64,000 nt of DNA from Sarea resinae. Taxonomy: Eukaryota. Under the pieces are notes generated by a model, which was given only the letters and a program-made list of their open reading frames with translations, was not told the DNA's origin and made no database searches. Each line of letters opens with the position of its first letter. Position 1 is the stretch's first letter. Positions 13,015 through 26,055 of the stretch are shown one piece after another. A program made the position numbers and the translations under genes. The stretch covers positions 1 through 64,000 of the forward strand of contig JAPEUD010000010.1 in NCBI GenBank assembly GCA_026026165.1, written 5' to 3'.

Positions 13015-15444
13015 ATATCTAACTCTAGAATAGCTCTATCTACTCTGTCTAGTACTGTTCTAGCACCTGACATTGTAATGCTAGACGTAACAACGTAGTT
13101 AGCAACTACACTAGGGATTAGAACTCTTATTAAATTAGCTGCCCTAAGCTAAAAGAGTATAACCTCTTTTAAGCAGCTACTATAAGATAACGCGCAGCCT
13201 AGCGCATTTTAGGTTCCTATACCGCTGCCTAGGTCTGCTAGAGCACTCTATTTCACTAGGTAGAATATCACTTTATTACTTAAGCGCTTTAACAATCTAT
13301 ACAACAAGTATTAAGTTAGTAAGAAAGAGCATTTTAAGAAGTTGCTACGCTATTACAACAAATCTATAGGCCTCTTAATTAAATTAGCCACTGCCTACTA
13401 AGGCAGAGACTAAGATACTCTAGTCTATACACTTTATAAGGAATAGAAAAAAGAGTATATAGAGCAGCGTATTTACTCCTAAGAATTCCTTAAAGAGTAT
13501 AAAAAGATGTTATGTATATTAGTAGATAAGGTTTACCTCTTTTACTAACAGTTTGCTAGCATCTTAATAGAGCTAGTTAAGCGCAGTGTCCTTAATAAAT
13601 ACACCTAGTGCAAGTGGTTTCTAGATAGACTTCTAGTTAAAATAAAGCACTATGTAGCGCGAAAGTCTAAAGTTAACTTTAAAGACTATAGTACTCTTAA
13701 CTTTAAAAAGATACTTAATATAAGCCTTAAAGAGTGTAAGAGTATAGTAACTCTAGAGCACCTAGATAGGTAGCAGCCTAAGAAGAGTATTGCAACACTT
13801 ATAAAGGAATATTAAGAGCTAAAGGTGTATAATACAGCCCTTACTCTAGCAGCTCCTATAGTTCCTAAACCTTCTCTTACTCTAGCACTAGGTATAGACG
13901 CTCTTACAAAAGCAATAGAGGCGCTAGCTATGCTAATTAAGGTTATATTAGTATAACTTAAGAAAGAAGTAGTAGTACTACTAAAGGAGAATAAAGGACA
14001 GCTTAACCTAGCACCTTAGGCACTCTATACACTTGCTAGTATTGTTAATACAGTTAGCGCAGCTAGCGCTGCTAGTAGTAGTGTAAGAGAGAGTAGTTTT
14101 ACCTAGATATATCTTATATACTAGTTAGAGAAGCACTAAAGTAAGTCGCGCTACCTAGTACTAAAAGAATTTCTAGACTAGAACAAGGTGTACTTTAATA
14201 ACTTTAGGAGAGTATATATTAGCTAGATAGTAGACTAGGGTCTAGAAATCCCTATGCCTTTCTAAAACTCTAGCATAACATTTAGGCAAGCTATAAGAGA
14301 GGCTATACAAGTAGAGGTAGTAAGGTCGTGTCGCTCTACACTAGAAGATATCTACGCTATAGCGTTTAGAGTTGCTTACCTTTATACTAAAGCAGTAGAT
14401 ATAGATAAAGAGGCAGAAGATATTGCTAGCCTAGAGAAGGTTAGTGTGAATAGCGCTAGGCTAGTAGAGGCAGCCTAGTGTCTATAGCTAAAGGAAGCCT
14501 AAGTTAGATAGAATACTATATAGAACCTATAGGCCTATATAATAGCGCCTAGTAGTTCTAAGTTAATGCTAAGTGTCTCTTAGTATACCTTCTCTACTGC
14601 AAAGAATATTAGGGCTAGGTTATATAATAAAGTTAGAGATAATATAGAGATAGTAGACGCTAGAGGATTAGTATAAGTCTAGTTACTAAAGCTAGGAAGT
14701 AAGAGAGCTAAGAAAGGCTATAGCAAAGATAAAGATAAGACAGCTATAGTAAAGAAGATAAAGGATGTTTTAAGAGATAAGTAGAAAGCTAAGCTAATAA
14801 TAAAGCAGATACTTAGGTAAGTAGTAGATAGGATCACTATTAGAGACTTGCTTAGTGCCTCTCTAAGTCTATAGAAGATAATGTTCTAGAAACTAAGAGC
14901 TTTAAACGCTAGTGCTATTAGCTAGCTTCCTAGTAAGGTAAGAGTAAATAAGGTAAGGTTAGAGAGTAGTGTAAAGAAAGGCAGTATTGCTAAGTACACT
15001 GCCTTATTACTGCTAGCTAGGATTAAGATTAGGAGTTAGGACTTTAATATGTTAATTAATATAGAGGCTAAGGTTAATCTTATAAGCAAGGAGATAGCGC
15101 TAGCCTACTAGCTAAACATTTGTCCTAATCCTAATCTTTAGCTTATTCTAGTTACTAGTAGTAAGAAACCCTTTATAGAGGTAGTAGAGAACGTTAGAGT
15201 AGATATTAGCAGTATACTAGTAGTGACCTACTTCTTTATAACAGCTGCTACTAACTAGAAAGTGATTCTAGGTTAACTCTTTAGTCGCTTAATACACCTA
15301 TAACTAAAGGATATGCCTAATAAGACATATATAGTAACTATCTATAGTAAGGGCTAGTAGAAAGTCCTGTTTAATAGTATACTAAAGACTAGGTAAGGAT
15401 ATAAGTTAGAGGAGCAAATCTTCTTAGTAGAGTCTCTAAACTAA
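13015..15444 (+). pseudogene. gag-protease ORF of gypsy element 1
   Basis: One frame from 13,015 (ATA from ATG) through the P.PGS.GAPYFTG.N gag start to LINIEAKVNLI (LIDTGAEVNLI, 15,052), ending ...SLN* at 15,444. Confidence 0.85.
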
Positions 15445-18400
15445 GAGGTAGGCCTATAATTAAGTGTGTATCTGCTAATAAGAAAAGCTTAGCTAATACT
15501 ATAACAGCAATTGCTGCTCTATTATTTAACTAGCCTAGCTAGCTAAATAGGACGACTGCTGCAGAAAGTTAGGCCTAGAGTTAGGTACTATAAGAAGTGC
15601 TAAGATAGTTTTGCTAGGTTAGTTATCCTAAAAGAGGATATTAGATATTATAGAGGTTCTAAATACCTCTAAGAAGTAATAGCTAGGATAGCGCTATAGT
15701 ACTTACAGTGTATAAGAAGAAGAGAGAGAAGGTAAGACTAGTAGACTAAGCTGCTAGTAATAGATTAAGACTAGAGGTGTTTTCTAAGTAGAAAGAGCGA
15801 GTTAAGTCTAAGCTTAATAGCACCTCTAGTAAGAAAAGCAAGAAGTAGAGAGAGTAGATCACTCCTAAGTTTTCTAACATCCCTTAGAGGTTGTAACTAA
15901 CACTAGATTATATAGACACGCTGCTTATTAGTGATAGTCTAACTAACACTAAATTAGATCTCTTCTATACTATATTGTTTAACTAGGAAGCTGTGTTAGT
16001 ATAGGAACTTAGTGAAATAGAGAGAGTTTAACCTAAAGTAGCTATACTATAGCGAATACAGACTAAGGCGCACTAAGTATAGTAGTGCCCTAGGTTTAAA
16101 GCACCTTATACACTTAATAAGACAGTTATAAGTATACTATAAGAAAGTTTAGCGGCTAGAGTCCTAGAACCTTACTATAGGCTATACTAGAATCCCTAGT
16201 TTTTAGTGAAAAAGAAGAACAACAAATACTAGTTAGTGAACGCAGCTATAGTAATTAATTGTGTCACAATCTAGGATGCTAATATACTACCTAATGTTAA
16301 GGAGTTCTCTAAAGAGTTTGCTAGTTTAAGTGTAACCTTACTAGTTAACCTCTTCTCTAGATATAACTAGATACTATTAGCTAAGGAAGACTAAGACCTA
16401 ACTGTATTTATAACTCTGATTAGGTTGTTGCGCTAGACTACACTACCTTAAGGTAGCACAAATTTAGTGGTGTAGTTTGTCTAGATTATTAGCTAGGTAT
16501 TAGCAGACCTTATTCTAGAGACCTACTATATCTTCCTTAATAATATTAGTGTTAAAGGGCTAAAGTTAAGGTATAATAATAAAGAAGTTGTACCTAGTGT
16601 GCGCTGATTTATTATAGAGTATATACACTTAATTAACACAGTTCTAGTCTGTCTTAAACTAGTAGAGTTATACGCTACTAGAGGAAAGTTACAGTTCTAT
16701 ATACTAAGGCTTACTATTATAGGTTATATCTGTAACTCTAATAGTCGCTACCTAGACTAGGAAAAAGTAAGTAAGATTGTTAACTAGGCTCTTTACTAAG
16801 ATATTACAGCTATTAGAGCGTTCCTAAGAGTGTGTATATACTACTAAATCTAGATTAAGCTATTTACACTTATTACTAAGCTGTTGTTTTAACTCCTTTA
16901 TAAAGAGGCAGAGTTTGTTTAGGGCCTAGAGCAATAAGAGGCTATAGACTAAATAAAGATAGCGCTTACTACTACCCTAGCCTTAATCACTATAAACTAT
17001 AACCTAGATACAAGCGAGATTATCCTAGGAGTTAATACTAGTCTTATTAGGTATAGCGCAGTACTAATACAGATAGATATATTAACTAGAAAAAGGCATC
17101 CTACTTACTATAAGAGTAGTATATAGTCACTAGCTAAAAGCAGGTATAATGTAGAAAAGTAAGAGTGTTAGAGGATCCTTAAGGCCCTTAAGAAATTCTA
17201 ACTGTACCTGTATATATACTTCTTTATTATTAAGACTAATGCTAATACCCTTGCTACTTAGCTTAATTAATCTGCTAAAGACTTACCTAGAGCACTAGTG
17301 ACTTAATAGTTAGTATAGATTTAACTGTTTAACTTTAAGGTTTGTTATATACTAGGATAAAAGCACACTGCTATAGATAGTCTATTGTAGTATCTCTTAT
17401 AAGATTTAGACCTTAACTCTAGTCTAGCAATAGATATAGACAATTATATTAATGCAAAGTTAGATAGTGTACATGTGTTTCTAGTAAGAGTAGCCTAGCA
17501 GAATAAGTTAGTGGCTCTAGTTCTAGTAGATAGGTATTCTAAAGAGTATTAAAAATTAGCTGCCTATCTAAGAACACTAGCTAAACTAGCTAGGATAGAT
17601 ATAAAGGCCTTTTAGCGATTTAAGAGGTATACTCTAAAGTTTATAGTAGAAGATAGTCACCTATATTGTTGTTTAGATAAGGGTGTGCCTCTTTAACATG
17701 TAATTAACTACCTAGACTAGAAAGTAGAAGTTATTTAGCGCCTCTATAAGGAAAGAGAGCACTGCAGCTAAGAAAGAACCTTTTATTATATCTCTAAGCA
17801 ATACTAGTAGGAGAAGATATATAAAGATATAGAGAGGTTTATTAGGATATGCAAGCTATACTAGTTAAGAGTGCTAGGTTAGGAGAAAGAAGCCTTACAC
17901 CTAATATAGTTGTTTGTTTTATAGTAGAAGGTTAGTATAGATATTGTTTCTATACTAGAGTGGTCTAGAAAAAGGAAGATTGTGTTTATATAAGATAACC
18001 TCTCTAGCTAGGTTAAGGCACACACGCTTAGTTATGCAACTGTAGAGAAAGTAGCGCAATTTCTTTAAGAAGATATAATTTGCTAGCACAGCTGTTTTTA
18101 ACACTTAGTCACTAATAGTAGGCCTAAAAACTAGGGGTTGCTTAATACTCTTATAGAAAAGTACAACATTAAGCATGTTATAGCCTTAGCGTATTACTTT
18201 TAAGGTAATAAGCTAGTTAAGTAAGGATATAATACAATTGTTAATGCTCTTTCTAAGCTAACTAAGAGTAGAAAGACTAGCTAGGTCTTATATCTTTATT
18301 CTACATTATAGGCTAATTAGTTAACAGCGCGCTCTACTACTAGTATAACACTATATCGCCTTTTATATAGCAAAGACCTTGTTTTTCTAATTAAACTTAA

Positions 18401-19170
18401 TATCCTAATATAGTATATTCTTCTATAGAAAAAGCAGCTCTTATAAGGTAACCTGCTAGCGCTACACGCTAGGCAACTAAAGAGATAGGATAAGGACCTT
18501 GCTAAATTAGCGGCTTAGCTTTATCGCTATTATATAGCTAGTAAGAACACATTTAATAATGCTTACTAGGTCTATTATAATAAGTTTAGTGTAGGAGACG
18601 TTATCTTGCTCTATAACATAAGGTTAACAAACTACTATAATATAAAGCTTTAATATTACTAGCGCAGACTATACTGCATTAAAGTTGCAGACACTATAAA
18701 GAGAATGTACTTACTAGTAGAATTAGATAGTATATCTATCTCTAGAACAGCGCCTAGGAACTGTCTAAAACAATTCTATACTTGTAATAAGCTTAGGTAT
18801 AATAAAGAACGCCTGCTAGCAAGTAATAGTAGTAAAGAAAATTTTAGCGGCCTGCTAGTAGACGCCCTTAACAATAAGAATATAGGTCTATAAGATAGGA
18901 GCGCAGTTAGTAAGAGTGACTTAGATAGTAAGGTAATAGCCTATACTGCCTATAATTATAGCAGACTAGCTGTAGTATCTCTTATAGACTAGCTACTTAG
19001 CCCTAGTATAGATAACTCTAACTTAGTAGCAGAGACAAACTAGTGTCTAACCTAGAGCGCTGCTAGGGCGCGCCTTTAGCTACTAGTAGTGCTAGCTATA
19101 GCACTCTAAGTTACCTAGCAAGATGTTCTTATAGGTAGAAAGTTTGCTGTAGTAATTCTACTACGCTAGT
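15440..19170 (+). pseudogene. pol (RT-RNase H-integrase) of gypsy element 1
   Basis: FLNNISVKG (FLDDxGVKG, 16,533), PWFLVKKK relic ~16,193, RNase H (D)ASL.GYG ~17,035, integrase SGWVEA ~18,003 and AYY.QGN.LVERG ~18,188. Confidence 0.9.
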
Positions 19171-20383
19171 CCTTATTATACTTATTAGACTTGCCTTTAA
19201 ACTAAGATTTAGTATTAGAAAGCTCTACCTCTATATCTTTATCTTTGTTTATTTAGCCTTTATCTAGATTAGAAGGCTATACCTTAGTGTCTTAATCCTT
19301 ATCAACATTCTAGCCTCTATTAAAAGCTTCTAAAGCGCTTAGCTTGTTTATAGTTTTAGATAAACTAGTAGAAGCTATACTTAAACAGCGGCTTCTATTT
19401 AGTATAAGAGGCTTCTTAAATTAATAACCCTTATAAGCTGCCTAGCTATAGAAGCTCTACTTATAGTAGTAGCTCTCTAAGAGAGAAGACTACTAGTACT
19501 ATAAGTAAGGCTTCTATAATAATTAGTAGTATCACTATATTTAAAGGATTAAGGTATAAAAAGGCTTACAACCTTAGCCTAAAGCTATAGGTCTATTAGA
19601 GACCTGCTTTAAGAGACTTATATATAGCTAATCTCTATAACTAGTAAGGTCACTGCTACAGACCTGCTGTAGCAGCAGAAAAAGAGAAAATTAAGAAATC
19701 CTTAAAAATTTAATTAAAAAAAAAAAAAAAAAAAAAGTTGAACTTTATAGCCTAGACAAGCAGGAATAACAGTGAGGAGCTTTTAACTAGCCTAGCTAGC
19801 TAAATAGAGAGGAGAAGAGAAGATATATATATAGCACGCATATAATATATATGCTAATACTAGCTTAGATATTATTATATAATAGAAGAAGTGTAGTAGA
19901 AAGAGAAGTAAGTGTTACATTATAAGAGTGCTATATATATATAGTTAGTTTGTAATAAAAGAACGCACTATTAATGCACTATAGGTTGTAAACAAAGAAA
20001 ACTCACTTATAGTTACACACACTTGTTTTCTTTGTTATAACCTGTGTTTCTAACAGCAACTACATAAGAAATTCACTTTCTACTTAAATTCTACTCACAT
20101 TTTAGCCTGCGCTACATATAAAAAGTAAGGTGAAACTAAGGTAGCAGTGAATTTAGACGCATATATTGCTAGCTACTACGCTACTTAACTATATATCACT
20201 TACTCTCTACCTACTAAACTTATCTAAGTTTCCTAACTCTCTTTAACTTTTGTCTTATTCTAATTGCAGCACTTAGATCTTTATATCTTTATATTATTAA
20301 GGAAACAGTTATTATATTAACATTATATTATACATCCTTCTTATCTCTTAAATTCTTATTATACATGTATCTAAATTAGTATT

Positions 20384-23068
20384 ATAGCAGACTACACACT
20401 AGTAGCAGTTAGTAGAACAACATTCGCTAATGTTAAAGAGCTTACAGTGTATCTAAGAACATTGCCTAAAGACAAGCAGTACTAGATATAGGCAAAGGCC
20501 TCTAAGTTTGTAATAAACTAACTAATAGTAATAGATAAGCAAATTAAAGCATTTTAAGAATATATGTAAAAGGATAGAGTATAGAGAACTAGGCTTACTA
20601 AGGTAGAGTTTAACAATAGATAGTTAGCTATATTAGCAGCAGCAAAGACATTAAAGAAAGGACAGCAATGTGTTAATAAGGCGCAGAGTTAGATTTGTTT
20701 AGTGTAGGGCGCAGAAAATACAAATAGTATTATAGAAAGGCAGAACATATATTATACATTAACAGCTATATAAACTCTTACTCTTAAAGCATTCTTTCTT
20801 ACTGTAGTAGATTAGCTAAATCGCGTGCTGCTTACACAATTAAACAATCTAGGACAAGGTATTAGTAATAAAGCAAAGTACACCTCTATAGACTTTATAA
20901 AGGCAGCAAAGGCTAACGCAGACTAGAGGTACATTACTAATAACAAACTTATATAACATTGTCTTAAGCAAGCTAAAAACAGATTGCTTATTCTGCGTAG
21001 CATAGAACTATTAACTAAAGAGTACACTTAAACAATTGTTAGGAATAATAATAAGGATAGTAACACACTATAAGTTAATAAGGCAATAAGGTATATAGCA
21101 CTTCCTATTAAAAATACTGTCCTAGTATCTTCTACTCTATTATCTCTTAGACTAAGTTCTTTTAGCTAGCCTAGCTAGTTAAATACTTCTATTAAGCAAG
21201 GTAGTAAGAAGCAATAAGATAATAAGGAAAGAGGTATAGCAATAGCTACTGCTAAGCTAATACTAGAATCTCTTATAGCAGCGTCTTTTAACTAGCCTAG
21301 CTAGTCTAGTTATAAAGACATTAACTATATAGAGTTAAGTAAGCTATTAGACGTTAATAATAAAGAGAGTAGCTTATATAAAGAAGGTAAGAGAGTAAGG
21401 CTAGCAAAGTAATAACAGTTAGCTAATAGCAATAAAAGCGCAGATAATAACAATATAGAGGTAAGATACTAGTTATATAAGTGTAAAGAGAGAGTAAGCA
21501 AAAGACTACAGATAAGAGCAGAGTTAAAACAGCGCCTTATATTAGGCAAGAGCATTAAACTAGTAAGTCTATATATGTTATACTTTGCTAAGAGTAAGTA
21601 TATTTATCATAAGCACTTAAGAGGCGCTAGCAGAAAACTCAGCTTATAGACACAATTATTAAAGGATGCTAAGCTATAGAAGAGAATTAGAGTTGTCTAT
21701 TAGAAGCGCAGAAATTTAGGCTAGATTAAGATAGTAAAAGAGACATTTTTCTAGTTCTAACTAGAGAATCAGCCTCTGCACCTATCTAATAGTCTTAGGC
21801 TATATTGCTTTGTCTATAGAGGTCTACCCCTACTAGTTATTAATGTGCAAAGGATTTTAAAGGGCTTTAGTAAGAGAGTAGAAGCAGAGTTTCTTACAAC
21901 TAGCTCTATATCTCTACTAATTTTTAAGTAGTAGTTTAATAAGAGAATTAAGAATATAATTGCAGCAGAATTTAACATGTACTACTACTATTGCTGTTAG
22001 GTAAATAATAAGCTAAACTATAAGTAGTTAAGAGCTATATTTTACTCTCTTATATAACAGCTTATAAGAATAGACTCTACCTACTACATGTTATATGTAG
22101 CACTCTAGCTAGACTATATATAGAGGCTTATCTTATATCCCTACTATATAAAGCACGCGGTTCTTAGAGACTCTACCTATTTTAGGCACATTGATTTAAA
22201 CATTCTCTAGCTAGTTTAAGAGGGCTATAGCGCAAACTAAATTTAAGGCACACTCTTATTAGATAATAAGGACAATGTAAATTGTATAGAGATCTTACTA
22301 GGTATGTATAAACATCTAGAGGAATAGTAGGAGCGTGTAGTGCAGAGGAGAAAGCAGACTAATAGGCTTATATATCGCATTAATAATACTATTTACAGTC
22401 TAGAAGATATAGCGCACTTTAAGACTAATTAGATAAGAGTTCTATATAAAAAGAGGATAGTATAAATTACATTTCTATATCTTCTATATAGATTGACTAG
22501 TCTTATAACTAGGGTACACTAGACTCTCTTACTATAGTTTATAGCAGTATAGGATAACTATTCTATATTAGAGGTGCCTAAATTAAGGATATAGGAAGAA
22601 ATATTAGTAGTGTATTATAACTAGCTCCTTAGCTCTAACACTCTGTCTAGCTTTGCTAATTAGTATAGCAGTCCTCTATATAGCTTCTTAGCTAGCTTAG
22701 CAATTACTAGTTTAAGGCTAATTTTAGATGCGCTTCTTAGAAGAGTCTGCTAAGATACTCTTAAGGTAGTAGGTATATAAGATATACTTCTAGGTCTAGA
22801 TCGCGCTAAGGCTATACAGTACTATAAGAATTAGCGAAAGGCTGCTATTAGTGCCTTTTAAGTTTCTTTCTACAAACTAGAGAAGGCTAAGATGTTTATA
22901 TTTAGCGAGAAATCCTATTTCTACTACTTAAAGAACTATATTAATATAGTTAGCAATAATAAGAGAGAGGTTTCTAAAGCAAAGGCAGCTATATATAGGA
23001 CTACTACCCTTAACAATATAGATACTAGTAAGGACAAGCATATTAATAGCAATTTAATAGATAAGTAG
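20384..23068 (+). pseudogene. Extra ORF (~895 codons) inside gypsy element 1: Cys/His cluster plus 2OG-Fe(II) dioxygenase-like (PhyH-like) domain
   Basis: Frame is the same at 20,384, 22,181 and the TAG at 23,066-68, and the internal stops fit RIP changes. FRHIDLN is intact at 22,181-22,201. A distal PC..G.VRIT.PHLPHG is inferred at 22,442-22,492, followed by R.TLLPWF. Confidence 0.75.
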
Positions 23069-23104
23069 AAGGTATAAGACGCCTTCTATAAGAGTAAAGA
23101 GGTA

Positions 23105-23430
23105 TATAGTAGGGTTAATAAGTTAGTTAGTTATATAGAGAGTAGTTAGAGAGATAGGTTAGCGCAGCTATTTATTATAGCACTGTTTCTTGCTTTATAG
23201 GTAGCTTCTAGTTCTTTAGTTTATTATACAATTTAATTTAGATCTTCTTACTAGTTTAAGTCTAGCAAGCTAGCAAGTTAGGTTATTTAAGTGCGTTTTA
23301 TATTTAGTTCTTAATTGTTTAACATATATATCTAGCGTCTTACTCCTACTGCTATTGCTGTATCCTATAGTCTACTATGTATATCCTCTACTTCTTACCT
23401 CTAAAAGAGCAACTATTAAAGCCCTTTATA
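23105..23430 (+). repeat. 3' LTR of gypsy element 1
   Basis: 326-bp direct repeat of 12,220-12,545. Confidence 0.95.
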
Positions 23431-23434
23431 ACAT

Positions 23435-25480
23435 AACAAAAGCAATAGAATTAGAGAGAGGTTTTTAGCAAATAGGATAGAGTTTAGAAAGGTGTGTGTT
23501 TGTTATAGTGTCTCTTTAATATATACTTAAATTAATAGCTAACACTTAATCTACTAGCAGACACTAATAACATTAGCTCTTATTACTACTTTATAGACCT
23601 TATACTATAATTACTTAGATATAATAAAGAGTTAGTAAATCTATAATAAAAGATATCTAAGGGCTAGTAGTAGGTATTATCTGTATAAGACTTTAAATAT
23701 TATATGACATTTTACTTACACTTATATTTATTAGATAATATAGATAACAATACTAAATACAGCGTTAAGTGTCCTAGTAACAACCCTTATAAGATATAAT
23801 GCCTATATTAACTAGGATCTATAACCTCTTAAATCACTATAGATAGAGGAGTAAATATAGTTATATGCCTAGCATATCTTACTTGTATATAAGTGATAGA
23901 ATACTAAAAGTTGTTTACTATATAATAGATTGCTAAGAACCTAATAGTTCTTAAGCACAACTAATAGAAACATAAGTTTATAGACTTAATAGAAACATAC
24001 TCTAGTAGCAAATATATAAGATTAAATGTTATCTTAGTAACATTGTTTAAGTGTTTATAACTTTGCTGTAATTTGTAGGCAGAAACTTAATTTTAGCAGA
24101 TAGTAGTAGATAAGGCGCATATTATTAAATTAAAGAACACTAACCTAATCTAAGACCTAACTACCTTAAGATAAAGCTATAAGGAACACTAGCCTATAAT
24201 GTAGTTCCTCTCTAGCACTCTATTTGTTGTGCCTAGAGACTTAAGAGAGAAGGTAAACATTCTTATATATACCTAATAGACAACTAATCTCTCTTGCATT
24301 AGATAAAAATGCTTGCCTAAAAAGTTAGACTTTATTAAAAGTTAGTACAAAAATCTATTTAATTGTATAGCAAAACCTAACAGACTGTAACTGCCTTCTA
24401 CTAATAAAGACTTTAATTAATATGCCTAGAATTTTATTAGCTTCCTTAGCGTGCTAATAATCTAACAGGATAAAAATGCAGTTAACCTAGACAGCTACCT
24501 GCTAATTAACCTCTTACTATTCTATAGATATAAATTGTTAGTCTAGTTTAGCAATAACTGCTAGAAGATAGTATACAAACAATAGCAAGCTGTTATAGTA
24601 GTAAAAACAAACTAAATTCTAGAGTTAAATAAAGGATAACATATTACTTTAATAATATATTTCTAATATGTATAGCGACTACAAATTATCTCTTTATTCT
24701 TAGGCCTTACTTACTCTAATCTAGCTAGGTTAAACTAAAGCTTATTAAGCGTTAGGTCTATAGCTACTAAGGATTAGGAATTATATCTGTTGTATAACAA
24801 TCTAGAAATACTTAGCTAGTTATCCTCTAAATTAAAAGCACTAGATAATCTTATTAATAATATAGAAGTGAATTTAAGGATAGAGAGTAAAAAGATAGTT
24901 ATCTTTACTATATTCCTAATCACAGCCTTTATTATTATAATAGTAAGTAGCATTTATCTACTAGATAATACACTTAGGCTAATAGCAGATATATAGTAGA
25001 TAAAATATATTAGATGCAAGCTAGTTACTCTATTCTATAGTAGAATCTCTATAGCAATGCGCTTAAGGTTAGTAGAATAATTCTAAGGCACTATAGATAT
25101 ATTCTCTAGCTTAGAACCTTTTTACTTAGTTAGGATAATAAGTATAATATTACTAGGCTTAACCTTAATTCGTGCAAATCTAGTAGTTGTCTTTAAACCT
25201 AATTATATAGATACCTCTAAGCAATAGACACTTAATAGAGTTTATTGTATTAGCTAGTATAGCAAAGTAACTTTGTATTAATTTATTAACACTAAGTCTG
25301 CAATTAAGAATACACTTATAGCTACTTAGAGGTTAAGAGGTATTCTAAATAATATAGCCTTAAAGAAGAACAATCTGCTAGTTCTGCTATAAGTTAAAGT
25401 TAAGATTAGCAATAAAGATAATATAGATACTAAAGATAACAACCCCTACTATTAACTCTATAATATATAAAGAAGATAAA
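23435..25480 (+). pseudogene. 3' part of SNF2-family helicase pseudogene
   Basis: KIVIFTIF (motif IV, ~24,892) and GLTLIRANLVVVFKPNY...KQ*TLNRVYCIS* (~25,155-25,260), which reverts to GLTLTRAN.VVVFEPD...EQQALDRVHRIGQ, SNF2 motifs V-VI. Intron-like gtaagt...ctaat...tag at ~24,944. Confidence 0.82.
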
Positions 25481-26055
25481 GATAAATAGGACGTGTAACA
25501 AACACAGCTAATATAAGTTTTTATTTAATTATAGGCGACTTTGTAATACTAAAAGCAGTAGATATATATGTTTGCTACTCTTAAGACTGTTATTACCTAC
25601 TCTTCTACTATACTCTGTTCTAGCAACCTAGTAGAGATTACAGCAATAGTTAGTTCTAAACTATAAGTATCTTCTAAATAACTTTAATAGAGTATAGAAG
25701 CTAATATCTGCTAATCTACTTTAAGTTAGTCTCTTTTATTCTGTTTAGTATTGTTTTAATTAGTCTAAGTATATATAAATCTAAATTAATTATATAAGTT
25801 GTCCTAATAGCAACACAATTATCTATTGATTTATAAAGATATAATTTAAGTAACAATGCTTATCTCTACTTAGACTAATAATTCTCTCTCTCTTTAAATT
25901 CCTATTTAACGCTAATATCTCTTATATACTAAACTCCTAGCTATCTAAATCTACTCTATATAGAGAAGCTAGTAACTTTTACAATGCCTTCTAAACAACT
26001 CTAGACTTATTCCTAGTAAGATATTTAGTCTACTAAGGAATAAAAACTTAACTAC

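Larger units (their letters stand above)
12220..23430 (+). mobile_element. Full-length Ty3/gypsy LTR retrotransposon (11.2 kb) with extra 3' ORF, RIP-inactivated
   Basis: Two 326-bp LTRs; PBS-like ttagtgacc (from tggtgacc) at 12,546; purine tract before 23,105; 4-bp TSD acgt/acat (one G>A); gag-PR-RT-RH-INT order. Confidence 0.95.

Noticed and set aside
19716..19736. A21 as the tail of a LINE or retrocopy insertion
   Set aside because: No flanking TSD or LINE ORF seen; it lies inside the LTR element.
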